From a phage, in the sequence record PZ296772.1: a DNA stretch of 64,000 nt; one strand, written 5' to 3'. Numbering within the stretch: the first letter of the stretch is position 1; each line of letters begins with the position of its first letter. The notes beneath the pieces were generated by a model that was not told where the DNA came from, made no database searches, and worked only from the letters and a program-made list of their open reading frames with translations. The position numbers and the translations under genes are program-made. Below are positions 8,883-18,566 of the stretch, piece by piece.

Positions 8883-9170
8883 ATGGATTTTATGCAAAAA
8901 ATTAAAGCCGCAGTCGAACTCTATGCTCATCGTATGGTTAGTTCTACAATGCAATATAGCGAGGAGGTTCGCCAGGACTCTTCCTTGAAAGGAAAAACTA
9001 AAGCCTTAATTACCTTAGATCGTTTGCAAAAGAATGCCATAGAGATGCTCCAGTACGATAAGGATGTGTATAAGAAAGAACAGGAAGAGAAACTTAAATC
9101 TGAAAAATTACAAAAAATCCCGAAGTCGGTTTGGTTCAGTGGAAAAAATACCGAAAAAAGTTTCTTTTAG
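8883..9170 (+). CDS. hypothetical protein
   Basis: 95-aa ORF with AGAGGA RBS; preferred over overlapping 8782..8988 frame. Confidence 0.4.
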   Translation: MDFMQKIKAAVELYAHRMVSSTMQYSEEVRQDSSLKGKTKALITLDRLQKNAIEMLQYDKDVYKKEQEEKLKSEKLQKIPKSVWFSGKNTEKSFF

Positions 9171-9172
9171 TT

Positions 9173-9208
9173 GTTTACAAGGTCTATGATTATGTTATTA
9201 TAGACCTA
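9173..9208 (+). promoter_or_regulatory. early promoter-like cassette inside inverted repeat
   Basis: GTTTAC, 17 nt, TATTAT; aggtctat/atagacct inverted repeat. Confidence 0.5.
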
Positions 9209-9228
9209 TCAACTACTGGAGGTAAAAC

Positions 9229-9756
9229 ATGAACGCTAAAGATATTTTCAACCTGGTAAATTATAACGACGGTAAATTTAAATCTGAAGCACAAAGCAAG
9301 TTCTTTAATGACGTTGCTTATGGTAACGAGATTACCGTGGACGGAGGTCAGATTTTCAAATCTCGCTGGAATTGGATTGTTATCATCGATTCGGTTGGAA
9401 TTGTGGAAGTCTACAAAAACACTAACAAAAAACGTACATTATTCTGGTCTCGTGAAACTAACGAGCAGTACAAAAAGGATAAAGCATCTCGTTTATCCAA
9501 AGTAACCCAGGAAGATATCGAGTTTATCAAGAAAGATATCGAGATGTACGAAAATTTAATCGCTGAAGACCAGGCAGTACTCGATAAGTTTGATGAAATT
9601 AAAGCTTCTCGTGAAATCCCTGACTTCATGAAAGAAACAGTAAACGAACGATACGCTCTCACTTCAGAACGTATTGCAAACTATACAAAACAGAAAGCAG
9701 AACGTATTAGTACTCTTCGGAAATTTGAAGAACGTTTAAAGTCGGTTCACGCATAA
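9229..9756 (+). CDS. hypothetical protein
   Basis: 175 aa, RBS GGAGG. Confidence 0.5.
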   Translation: MNAKDIFNLVNYNDGKFKSEAQSKFFNDVAYGNEITVDGGQIFKSRWNWIVIIDSVGIVEVYKNTNKKRTLFWSRETNEQYKKDKASRLSKVTQEDIEFIKKDIEMYENLIAEDQAVLDKFDEIKASREIPDFMKETVNERYALTSERIANYTKQKAERISTLRKFEERLKSVHA

Positions 9757-9783
9757 ACGCTTTACCCAAGGACGGGTTATAAT
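9755..9783 (+). promoter_or_regulatory. MotA-box-like middle promoter candidate
   Basis: aaaCGCTTTA, 13 nt, TATAAT (Mot box consensus wwwTGCTTtA, one mismatch). Confidence 0.4.
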
Positions 9784-9818
9784 GGTTTTGAGTTCCAATT
9801 CAATCTGAGGAAATAGTT

Positions 9819-10814
9819 ATGAGCATTACATCTGATGCGGTAAAACATGAAATTAACGGTTTATGTGCTTCACAGATTAAAGTGTGGTTTAAAGACCATA
9901 ACGATCGCAGAGCACTTAATTATGAGCAAATTGCTATCCAAGTTCATCAATTACTGACAAGTAAATTTGATTTTCATATGCCGTCTGAAATCTATACTAA
10001 TCTGCCGCGAGCACTTATTAAAGCGTGTAAAGGTTATGGAAAATCAATGGCTGACGGAATATTCAGCGCGCTGAATAAACTTAACGTTCTGTCGATGATT
10101 AACTCTAACAACATCCTGCGTAATCTAGGACGTACTGATTTGTTCGGTCGTGAACAGTGTAAAATGCCTTTGAAATGGATTGTTGCCCATCTTAACGAGA
10201 ACCAAACACGTTTTATGGCTGTAACAGCACGTTTACAAATGGGCCTAGATCGTCAGATGAACTTTAAAACTCATCCACGTTATTCAGGTTCAACAAACTT
10301 TTATAAATGTGAGCTTCAAAAGGTTGGTGGCAAAACTGTCTTAGTAGTTCGTGTAACGTTTGAAGGACGTCGTCAAGGATATTTTGACATAATCGGCTCT
10401 GGACTTAAACATTGTGGATTTATCGACGAAGTTGATATCAAGCGAGACGGCATTGGATACCGTATTGGGTATGTTTGTACTCTTAAAGAAGAGATTTCAG
10501 GACCAGCACCAGGACTAAAAGACGTTAGATATAAAGACGAGCTCGTTGAAGAAATAAAAGAAGTTGAATATGATATCAACCAAGAAGATGCTCTTAAAGA
10601 CCTTATTGATGAACTGAACCAAGACGTTATTCCGGTTCAGAAATTTGAATCAAAACATGCTGAGCAAATCAAATACTTTGAAGCTTTGATTAACGAACTT
10701 AATGTAACTATTCAACAGACTGATGATGAAATCTCACGATTAGCGGGCTTAAACGGTAAAAATAAAACAGAACGAGCTAATCTTATTCAAGTAGTAAAAC
10801 TTCTTAAGGAATGA
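9819..10814 (+). CDS. hypothetical protein with C-terminal coiled-coil
   Basis: 331 aa; heptad-like C-terminal ~70 aa. Confidence 0.5.
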   Translation: MSITSDAVKHEINGLCASQIKVWFKDHNDRRALNYEQIAIQVHQLLTSKFDFHMPSEIYTNLPRALIKACKGYGKSMADGIFSALNKLNVLSMINSNNILRNLGRTDLFGREQCKMPLKWIVAHLNENQTRFMAVTARLQMGLDRQMNFKTHPRYSGSTNFYKCELQKVGGKTVLVVRVTFEGRRQGYFDIIGSGLKHCGFIDEVDIKRDGIGYRIGYVCTLKEEISGPAPGLKDVRYKDELVEEIKEVEYDINQEDALKDLIDELNQDVIPVQKFESKHAEQIKYFEALINELNVTIQQTDDEISRLAGLNGKNKTERANLIQVVKLLKE

Positions 10815-10843
10815 TGTACAACCAAGGATGGTTGGAGTATAAT
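10815..10843 (+). promoter_or_regulatory. promoter with CAACCA-N4-TGGTTG palindrome (family member 1)
   Basis: tGTACAaccaaggatggttggagTATAAT; palindrome in the spacer. Confidence 0.5.
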
Positions 10844-10869
10844 AAATTTTTCAACATGAGGAATATAAA

Positions 10870-11829
10870 ATGGCTTTTATTACACGTAGAGAACTTATCA
10901 AAGAATTTACCTCGAACGCATATACTCCAGGACCTAATCCTATCCGTATGCCTGTAAAGACTCCTGAAGAGATTGAGGAAATCTGTTCATATTATGGGAT
11001 TAATTCTCGTATGTTTACTCAATTTGAATGCGTTACTAACACACCCGTTAAAGAGTTCATTAAAAATGGTGAGTTCAGCCGTTTATTAGCCAAACAGAAA
11101 CTTCGTAATTTTTGTATCGGCGGCTGCGGACAATATTTTGCTAAACAGTTCCGAAATAACCTTAACAATCTGATGGCCATTGCTTCTCGTATTCGTCCTC
11201 AAGCAATTAACATGAAACATTTGAAATATACTTACGATAAGTTAGAAATCATGGTTATCAGTGAGAATGAGTTCACTCTTACATATAAACCTAAGAATGA
11301 TAACGTTGCTCGTGTATTCCACCAAGCGCTAGAAGTGTTAGGCGATAATATCCATGAGATTAAAGCAATTTATTCTCGTGAGCTTAATATTATCGACCCT
11401 ATCAAGAATAAGGGCCATATCGCTATCCAGGCTCGTGTATCTATTGGTAAAAAGGTTCCTGCGCCATGGTGGCACAAAGACTCTGAATACTATCAAAATC
11501 TTAAAAAGGAAAATGCATTGTTTGAAGGCAATATTACAGCAACACCAGTCGGTAATGCAGAGGTTCTAGGCGCATATTCTCCAGCACAATCTGGTATGTT
11601 TAAAGGTTTGCCAAATGTGTGCAAACTGTCGGCAGTAAAACTAAATGTTTCTAATGACCTTCTTCCGGCAGAAGATTATCATTACAACCAAATCAAGGCT
11701 ACTGTAGACCAACTGTCCGTTGAACTTGACAAAGCACAAGCTAAGCTTCGTGATGCTCAAAGTGTTGTAACGAATCTCCAGTTGCAGTATTCTAAACTTT
11801 TTAATGCAATGAATGCATTAAAATCATAA
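10870..11829 (+). CDS. hypothetical protein with C-terminal coiled-coil
   Basis: 319 aa; C-terminal LDKAQAKLRDAQSVVTNLQLQYSKL. Confidence 0.5.
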   Translation: MAFITRRELIKEFTSNAYTPGPNPIRMPVKTPEEIEEICSYYGINSRMFTQFECVTNTPVKEFIKNGEFSRLLAKQKLRNFCIGGCGQYFAKQFRNNLNNLMAIASRIRPQAINMKHLKYTYDKLEIMVISENEFTLTYKPKNDNVARVFHQALEVLGDNIHEIKAIYSRELNIIDPIKNKGHIAIQARVSIGKKVPAPWWHKDSEYYQNLKKENALFEGNITATPVGNAEVLGAYSPAQSGMFKGLPNVCKLSAVKLNVSNDLLPAEDYHYNQIKATVDQLSVELDKAQAKLRDAQSVVTNLQLQYSKLFNAMNALKS

Positions 11830-11833
11830 AACG

Positions 11834-11863
11834 GTTTACAACCAAGGATGGTTGGAATATAAT
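11834..11863 (+). promoter_or_regulatory. promoter with CAACCA-N4-TGGTTG palindrome (family member 2)
   Basis: GTTTACaaccaaggatggttggaaTATAAT. Confidence 0.5.
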
Positions 11864-11891
11864 GAATCTATCTTAACGAGAGGAAAATATT

Positions 11892-12842
11892 ATGACACGT
11901 TCACATTACATTGAATACTTTGCCGGGCTTATCGCTAACGTTCATGCCCAGCGCGCTTCTGGTGCACTAGGATTTGATGTTCCACACCGAGATGTAGTAA
12001 GTGGTATTCTTCGTGATTTTGGTACATACACAGGTCAAGAAAATCATATCTGTAAAGATACTCAAAATGCATATTCTCATTCATTAGGGACACTGCTTCA
12101 ATGGTTCAAACGTTCTCGTTTATTATCTTCTACTGTAGCTCGTGATAACATCAAAAACTTTATGAAGCCGAGCTTTATTAAATCTGTGACATCTAAAACC
12201 GATTTGGTTGAATTCACTATTGTTAATGATGTTAAAAAGACTCATTTGGCTGATTGGTTATCTACCATTCCTGAAACTAAATTTGCTGATAAATTTGCTT
12301 GTGAATTCAATAACCAAGTGAATATGCTTTTTAAACATTCTCGTAAATTATTCACGGGCGGTGATGGTCGTACAAATAAAGTTCATGTTAAAGATTGGGT
12401 TACTGCAGTATTCAAACCAACCGGTAATGGTAACGCATCATTATCAATTGATATCCAGGTTCCTTATTACTACTCACGTAATCTCGGTACCATGAAAGCT
12501 GAAGAAATTAATAAGCATAACAAAACCGTTCGTTCGTTGTCTTATAAACTTATTACATTGTTAGAGACTATGGATGTTGTTGAAACGTTCGACGAGTCCG
12601 AAGATAACGGTTCAATGTTATACAGTTCTCGCACCCGAATTAAGCTGAGGAACCCTAACGAGTATAAACTTAAGACTATTAAAGAACCTAAAGTAGAAAA
12701 AGTTGACAACTTGAGCGAAGAACGTGAGTACCTCAAATCTCGTCTGAAAGAAGTCGAAGCCCAGATTAAAGAACAGACTAAATCGTTAAAAGCTCTGAAT
12801 GCGAAAGCGGATGGTTTACGAAATGCCATTGAGGTGTTATAA
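11892..12842 (+). CDS. hypothetical protein with C-terminal coiled-coil
   Basis: 316 aa; C-terminal EEREYLKSRLKEVEAQIKEQTKSLKALNAKADGLRNAIEVL. Confidence 0.5.
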   Translation: MTRSHYIEYFAGLIANVHAQRASGALGFDVPHRDVVSGILRDFGTYTGQENHICKDTQNAYSHSLGTLLQWFKRSRLLSSTVARDNIKNFMKPSFIKSVTSKTDLVEFTIVNDVKKTHLADWLSTIPETKFADKFACEFNNQVNMLFKHSRKLFTGGDGRTNKVHVKDWVTAVFKPTGNGNASLSIDIQVPYYYSRNLGTMKAEEINKHNKTVRSLSYKLITLLETMDVVETFDESEDNGSMLYSSRTRIKLRNPNEYKLKTIKEPKVEKVDNLSEEREYLKSRLKEVEAQIKEQTKSLKALNAKADGLRNAIEVL

Positions 12843-13147
12843 TGAATCTACGTCTTCTAGAGGATATTGATATGAGCACTAATCATGGCTTAGTTAAGTT
12901 TATTGATGATAGTTCAAAGATTGAATTTGTTCAGCGAGATAAAATCCTCGGTGAAGAAGAGTTCGTTCCTCCGGCATGGAACGAAATAATGAAAATGGTT
13001 GAACGACGTGAAAATGCTGCCAAATCGGCAGCAAAACATCCATGCCCAGAATGTGGAACTATCCAGGTCCAACTGGTTAACTGGACCACTGATAACTTGA
13101 AATTGAAATGCCGTAAATGCTTCCACAAATTTGAGAGAACAATATAA
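12842..13147 (+). CDS. zinc-ribbon protein
   Basis: C-terminal CPECG...(17)...CRKC. Confidence 0.45.
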   Translation: MNLRLLEDIDMSTNHGLVKFIDDSSKIEFVQRDKILGEEEFVPPAWNEIMKMVERRENAAKSAAKHPCPECGTIQVQLVNWTTDNLKLKCRKCFHKFERTI

Positions 13148-13560
13148 TGAGATATAGCCTTCGTTGTTTTATCGCAGCTTTAGTTTTTGCCATTATTCCA
13201 TTCATTTGGAACAGCCAGAATACTTACATGGAAACTAAAGTAATTCCTGTGGAGGTAGTGGAATTAATCTCAGGCCAATCTACAGGAAAATATTCTAAAT
13301 TAGAATTTATTGCAGTCTATAAAGATGAGCAAGGACGAGTTTTTGACAGGCATGTATCACCATCGTTTTATACGCTTCTGAATAAAGGTGATACGATAGC
13401 TATAGAAATTCGTGAGATGGATATTCAGCAAAATACTCGAGATAACATCATTTGGTTCTTTGGTACAGTGCTGATGTTTTCTATCGGTATCACAGGTTTT
13501 ATTACATGTATTGTATTTGGCATTGCATATTTAATCGATGAAAGGAAAAATAATGTTTAA
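13147..13560 (+). CDS. membrane protein
   Basis: N-terminal and C-terminal hydrophobic segments. Confidence 0.45.
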   Translation: MRYSLRCFIAALVFAIIPFIWNSQNTYMETKVIPVEVVELISGQSTGKYSKLEFIAVYKDEQGRVFDRHVSPSFYTLLNKGDTIAIEIREMDIQQNTRDNIIWFFGTVLMFSIGITGFITCIVFGIAYLIDERKNNV

Positions 13561-13816
13561 AGTGTACGGGTATGACTCTACTATTCATAAATGCATTTAT
13601 TGTGATAATGCGAAACGATTGCTGACTGTTAAGAAACAGCCATTCGAATTCATTAATGTTATGCCAGAAAAAGGTGTGTTCGATGATGAGAAAATTGCTG
13701 AGCTTCTGGTTAAGCTTGGACGTGAATCACAAGTCGGATTGACTATGCCACAGATATTTGCTCCTGATGGAAGTCATATTGGTGGATTTGACCAACTGCG
13801 AGAATATTTTAAATGA
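13553..13816 (+). CDS. nrdC: glutaredoxin/thioredoxin NrdC
   Basis: Start moved to ATG after AAAGGA; 87 aa; MFKVYGYDSTIHKCIYCDNAKRLL with CxxC; matches recalled T4 NrdC. Confidence 0.8.
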   Translation: MFKVYGYDSTIHKCIYCDNAKRLLTVKKQPFEFINVMPEKGVFDDEKIAELLVKLGRESQVGLTMPQIFAPDGSHIGGFDQLREYFK

Positions 13817-14109
13817 GTATTGATTTAACTTTCCCGGGCTCTTATGACCAGGGTAAATTAGAAGCTTTGTTATATCAAGAAATGTGTTCTCGTGCTAAGA
13901 ACGATATCCAATATGCTATCGATAATCCATGGGGTGAATTTCGTATATTAATGGGTAATCGAATCATAGGTGTTCAATGGCGATTCGTTGGTCTTGAACC
14001 TGAAGACTACGAAGAAAACGAGCACGGTGACTGGATTCCTGTTGGTGAATATCACTGGGAATACGGTGGTCCTGATTTCGAAGTTTCCTGTGCCTGGGTA
14101 GAACAATAA
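13813..14109 (+). CDS. hypothetical protein
   Basis: 98-aa ORF with coupled start. Confidence 0.4.
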   Translation: MSIDLTFPGSYDQGKLEALLYQEMCSRAKNDIQYAIDNPWGEFRILMGNRIIGVQWRFVGLEPEDYEENEHGDWIPVGEYHWEYGGPDFEVSCAWVEQ

Positions 14110-14127
14110 ACTGCGAGAATATTTTAA

Positions 14128-14484
14128 ATGACATATTCATTAAATCTTAAAGATTTCCAAGATGCATACGAAGTTTGTGTATCAGAGCTTGGTCCTGAAT
14201 CTCCATCTATTATTGAAGTTTTAAATGTGCTCCCTTCATCATTAGCGTATGAAGCCAAATCATGGGGATGGAATGATACTATTGTTCGTGATGACTTGTA
14301 TGTCCTGATGAATGACATGATGGTTAAAAAGGCAGAACCGGTTGCACCAATGGTTACCATTACCGTTGAAGAATATAATCGCCTGCAAGCCATTGAAGAG
14401 CTTCTGTGGAACATTGAATGTGACCTGCCGTCAGGGCTAGAATCCTGGATTGATTATGAAGAGCTCAATAAACTCCGGGGTTAA
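14128..14484 (+). CDS. hypothetical acidic protein
   Basis: 118-aa ORF. Confidence 0.4.
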   Translation: MTYSLNLKDFQDAYEVCVSELGPESPSIIEVLNVLPSSLAYEAKSWGWNDTIVRDDLYVLMNDMMVKKAEPVAPMVTITVEEYNRLQAIEELLWNIECDLPSGLESWIDYEELNKLRG

Positions 14485-14533
14485 ACCGTGGTATTCTGCT
14501 CGATGGGAGACTGTCGAGCCAGACGTCGAAACG

Positions 14534-14563
14534 GTTTACAACGACGAAGAACCATGTTATGAT
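14534..14563 (+). promoter_or_regulatory. early promoter-like
   Basis: GTTTAC, 18 nt, TATGAT; cgtcg/cgacg palindrome around the -35. Confidence 0.4.
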
Positions 14564-14612
14564 GAACCTTCAATAAATGAATTAATTGATATGGAAATGG
14601 GAAGAGATTATT

Positions 14613-14783
14613 ATGCAAGTTAAATTATTGTACCGTTTATTAAAAAACGGCAAGCATGATTGGTATTTGCTTATTAAAACCGATCCGAATTTTTTCTCTG
14701 GACAACCATTTACAGTTCGTCCTACTAAACGTCAGCTTCGCAAAGCTAAACGTTCTCATCGTAACTTTTATAGAGAATATTGA
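14613..14783 (+). CDS. small basic protein with VRPTKRQ tail
   Basis: Start at internal ATG after GGGAAGAG; C-terminal FTVRPTKRQLRKAKR shared with 44045..44257. Confidence 0.35.
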   Translation: MQVKLLYRLLKNGKHDWYLLIKTDPNFFSGQPFTVRPTKRQLRKAKRSHRNFYREY

Positions 14784-14784
14784 T

Positions 14785-15198
14785 ATGAATATTTCTGAAA
14801 CTCGCGGTAAATGGTTCAAGATTGTTAAAGAAGACGAAGAACTACAAGACAAGTTTCCTGAATTAAAGAAAGGAACAATCCTCAAGGTAATTGGTACTAC
14901 TACCGAAGATGGTTATGGCGACCATGGCATTATCGAAGTGATGTTGAACACAGGTGAGAAACTTTGCATCTATGACCGTGATACTTCTCTTTGGTGCTTC
15001 TGGGAATCCCATTCAATAGATGAACTCGAAGAAATTGACCAAGTAGTTTGTGATGGTGGACTTGGCGAATTCGAAGGTGAACGTATTTCTTATGCTTTAG
15101 CTAAATTAGCTGGTCAAGAAAATAATGACGGTTATGAAGGTAATCTGATGCAAGCCGCAGCGGAATACATTGAATATTTAGAAAGACGTTTAAGTTAA
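14785..15198 (+). CDS. hypothetical acidic protein
   Basis: Start moved to internal ATG; 137 aa. Confidence 0.45.
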   Translation: MNISETRGKWFKIVKEDEELQDKFPELKKGTILKVIGTTTEDGYGDHGIIEVMLNTGEKLCIYDRDTSLWCFWESHSIDELEEIDQVVCDGGLGEFEGERISYALAKLAGQENNDGYEGNLMQAAAEYIEYLERRLS

Positions 15199-15203
15199 TA
15201 AAT

Positions 15204-15230
15204 ACCCTTATCTATTTAAGGTAAGGGTTT
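15204..15230 (+). terminator. hairpin immediately upstream of gene 49 (terminator or RBS-occluding structure)
   Basis: accctta / taagggt stem with 11-nt loop, ending 4 nt before the ATG. Confidence 0.35.
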
Positions 15231-15233
15231 ATC

Positions 15234-15707
15234 ATGTTATTATCAGGCGCAAAATATAAAGAAGAAAAACAAAAATTTTATGATGCACAGAATGGTAAGT
15301 GTCCTATTTGCCACCGTGAATTAGACCCTGATGTTCAAGGTAACCATCTTGACCACGACCATGAATTAAACGGGCCAAAAGCTGGTAAGGTTCGTGGTTT
15401 ACTATGTAACCTGTGCAATGCAGCAGAAGGTCAAATGAAGCATAAGTTCAACCGTTCTGGTCTTAAAGGTCAAAACGTTGATTACCTCGAATGGCTTGAA
15501 GCTCTTCTTGCTTATTTGAAACAAGATTATTCTGATAATAATATCCATCCTAATTTTGTTCCAGACAAAACTAAAGAGTTCTCAAGACTAGGTAAAGAGG
15601 AAATGATGACTGAGATGCTTCAAAGAGGATTTGAATATAATGAATCTGATACTAAAACACAATTAATAGCTTCATTCAAAAAGCAGCTTAGAAAGAGTTT
15701 AAAATGA
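15234..15707 (+). CDS. 49: endonuclease VII (Holliday junction resolvase)
   Basis: 157 aa; zinc motif CPIC...CNLCN and HLDHDHELNGPKAGKVRGLLC; near-identical to recalled T4 gp49. Confidence 0.9.
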   Translation: MLLSGAKYKEEKQKFYDAQNGKCPICHRELDPDVQGNHLDHDHELNGPKAGKVRGLLCNLCNAAEGQMKHKFNRSGLKGQNVDYLEWLEALLAYLKQDYSDNNIHPNFVPDKTKEFSRLGKEEMMTEMLQRGFEYNESDTKTQLIASFKKQLRKSLK

Positions 15708-16241
15708 CGATTGAAAAAGAAATTGAAGGACTAATTCATAAAACTAATAAAGACCTTTTAAACGAGAATGCTAATAAAGATTCTCGTGTTTTTCCAACTC
15801 AACGGGACCTTATGGCTGGTATTGTGTCTAAACACATTGCCAAAAATATGGTCCCGTCTTTTATTATGAAAGCGCATGAAAGCGGAATTATCCATTTCCA
15901 CGATATTGATTATTCCCCTGCTCTTCCATTTACTAATTGCTGTTTAGTAGATTTAAAAGGAATGCTTGAGAACGGATTTAAGCTCGGTAATGCACAGATT
16001 GAAACTCCTAAATCAATCGGCGTTGCTACTGCAATTATGGCGCAAATTACTGCACAGGTTGCTTCCCACCAATATGGCGGAACGACTTTTGCGAATGTAG
16101 ATAAAGTACTTTCTCCTTATGTTAAACGCACCTATGCAAAACATATTGAGGATGCAGAAAAATGGCAAATCGCTGATGCGTTGAATTATGCTCAATCTAA
16201 AACAGAAAAAGATGTATATGACGCGTTTCAGGCGTATGAGT
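15704..16241 (+). CDS. nrdD: anaerobic ribonucleoside-triphosphate reductase NrdD, exon 1
   Basis: ORF interrupted by an in-frame stop 2 codons past the predicted 5' splice site; P1 pairing defines the exon end. Confidence 0.8.
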
Positions 16242-16452
16242 TAATTTAATTCAGGCTCATGTAAAACCGGTCTAAACGGGGAACCTCTCTAGTAGACAAT
16301 CCCGTGCTAAATGTTCTTTTGAACTAAATGCCTAACGACTAACCGTGATGAATGTAGCGGTGTAGAATAGAAGCTAATGCTATTCGAAACGGCCGGCATC
16401 GAAAGATGAAGATATAGTCTAATCTGCATGGCGACATGCAGCAGTCATCTTG

Positions 16453-16460
16453 TATAAATA
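16453..16460 (+). promoter_or_regulatory. T4-type late promoter TATAAATA inside intron
   Basis: Exact TATAAATA about 30 nt upstream of the endonuclease ATG. Confidence 0.45.
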
Positions 16461-16489
16461 AGATTATCTTATGAATACGAGGTGAAACA

Positions 16490-17260
16490 ATGAAATGGAT
16501 AAAAAGACGTTGTACTAAAATAAAAGATAAAGACGCATTTACATACTTAGTTAAGTTTTCTAATGGCGACATTTATATCGGTTATAAAAAATTTAGAACA
16601 ATTAAAAACAAGCCCACAAACTGGAAAACTTACACAACGTCATCTAAGTATATAAATGAACGCTTAAAAACTGATACACCTACTAAATGGATAATTTTAA
16701 AAACATTTGATAGTTATAAAGATGCATTAAAACATGAAGAAGAGGTCATACGTAAATATTTTTATAGCAAAAAATGTTTAAATAAATCCATAGGCGGTAA
16801 AAAGTTTTATAAGCATCCGGATACTGAAGAACATATTCAAAAATTAAGAGATGCTCATAAGGGTAAAGTGTTATCCGAATCTCATAAAAACAATATAAAA
16901 TCTTCTGTGGCTGAATATTATGCTAAAAACAGAAGATCTAAGGAACATGTGCAAAATAATATCAATAGTCGAAAAAGTAAAAAACAAGTATCGATAAAGC
17001 TTAAAAATAAAACTTTTAGAAGTTTTAAAAAAGCAGCGGAATATTTAAATTGCACTGAAAGTGAAGTCGAAACTCATCCTCTTGTTTTGAGTATTAAGAC
17101 TACTATTCATAAAGTTCCTGAATATGTGGTTGTTGACGGTATTAAGTATACGTCTTATATAGAAGCAGCTAAAGCGCTAAATTTTCATCCTAGCACTATA
17201 AAAGAACGTTGCATATCTATGGACTATCCAAATTTTGTTGTTTCATATAAACGGGCATGA
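16490..17260 (+). CDS. intron-encoded GIY-YIG homing endonuclease (I-TevII-like)
   Basis: 256 aa in the 3' part of the intron; GIY-YIG-like TYLV..DIYIGY; NUMOD3-like basic repeats (HKGKVLSESHKNNIKSS); C-terminal HTH-like IKYTSYIEAAKALNFHPSTIKERC. Confidence 0.75.
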   Translation: MKWIKRRCTKIKDKDAFTYLVKFSNGDIYIGYKKFRTIKNKPTNWKTYTTSSKYINERLKTDTPTKWIILKTFDSYKDALKHEEEVIRKYFYSKKCLNKSIGGKKFYKHPDTEEHIQKLRDAHKGKVLSESHKNNIKSSVAEYYAKNRRSKEHVQNNINSRKSKKQVSIKLKNKTFRSFKKAAEYLNCTESEVETHPLVLSIKTTIHKVPEYVVVDGIKYTSYIEAAKALNFHPSTIKERCISMDYPNFVVSYKRA

Positions 17261-17274
17261 ATTTGCGACTCATG

Positions 17275-18566
17275 CTGAATATAATGATGAAGTAAATACA
17301 CTTTTCAGCTCTAATGGTCAAACGCCTTTTGTAACAATTACATTTGGTACGGGAACTGACTGGACTGAACGAATGATTCAGAAAGCAATTCTGAAAAATC
17401 GTATTAAAGGTCTTGGTCGTGATGGGATAACTCCTATTTTCCCTAAGCTTGTTATGTTCGTTGAAGAAGGTGTTAATCTTTATAAAGATGATCCGAACTA
17501 TGATATTAAGCAGCTTGCTTTAGAGTGTGCAAGCAAAAGGATGTATCCTGATATTATTTCAGCTAAGAACAATAAAGCTATCACTGGTTCATCTGTTCCT
17601 GTTTCTCCAATGGGTTGCCGTAGTTTCTTGAGCGTATGGAAAGATTCGACTGGTAATGAAATTCTTGATGGACGTAATAATCTTGGTGTTGTAACACTGA
17701 ATCTTCCTCGCATCGCGTTAGATTCTTATATTGGAACACAGTTCAATGAACAGAAATTTATCGAATTGTTCAATGAACGAATGGATTTATGTTTTGAAGC
17801 TTTGATGTGTAGAATTAGTTCCTTAAAAGGAATTAAAGCTACTGTTGCTCCTATTCTTTACCAAGAAGGTGCATTCGGGGTTCGTCTTAAACCCGATGAC
17901 GATATAATTGAGTTATTTAAAAACGGTAGAAGTTCAGTGTCTTTAGGATACATTGGTATTCACGAATTGAATATTCTTATCGGTCGTGATATTGGACAAG
18001 AAATTTTAACTAAAATGAATGCTCATCTTAAACAGTGGACTGAAAGAACTGGGTTTGCTTTTAGTTTGTATTCTACTCCTGCTGAAAACCTTTGCTATCG
18101 CTTCTGTAAACTTGATACAGAAAAATATGGAAGTGTAAAGGATGTTACTGATAAAGGTTGGTACACTAACAGTTTCCATGTTTCAGTAGAAGAAAATGTT
18201 ACTCCGTTTGAAAAGATTTCTCGTGAAGCGCCATATCATTTCATTGCGACAGGTGGTCACATTTCTTATGTTGAACTTCCTGATATGAAAAATAACTTAA
18301 AAGGTCTTGAGGCTGTATGGGATTATGCCGCACAACATTTAGATTATTTTGGTGTTAATATGCCAGTAGATAAATGTTTTACATGTGGAAGTACCCATGA
18401 AATGACTCCTACTGAAAACGGATTTGTTTGTTCTATTTGCGGAGAAACTGATCCTAAAAAGATGAATACCATAAGAAGAACATGTGGTTATTTGGGAAAT
18501 CCGAACGAACGCGGATTTAATCTCGGTAAAAATAAAGAAATCATGCATAGGGTTAAACACCAATGA
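17275..18566 (+). CDS. nrdD: anaerobic ribonucleoside-triphosphate reductase NrdD, exon 2
   Basis: NGQTPFVTITFG; zinc ribbon CFTCGS...CSICGE; C-terminal glycyl-radical motif RRTCGYLG. Confidence 0.85.

Larger units (their letters stand above)
16242..17274 (+). mobile_element. group I self-splicing intron (1033 nt) in nrdD
   Basis: Exon 1 ends in U; internal guide ttcag|gctcat pairs with exon-1 atgagU (P1, U:G at splice site) and exon-2 ctgaa (P10); intron ends in G; GNRA hairpin ctgcatgGCGAcatgcag; joining restores frame (QAYE-S-EYNDEVNTLF). Confidence 0.8.

Noticed and set aside
8782-8988. 68-aa ORF in an alternative frame
   Set aside because: It overlaps 8883..9170, which has the better RBS and fills the intergenic gap; the two cannot both be favoured.
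16242-16249. Last two codons of the track ORF 15704..16249 (Leu-Ile-stop) as the true NrdD exon 1 end
   Set aside because: They lie in the intron; P1/P10 pairing places the 5' splice site after 16241 and splicing restores the frame.
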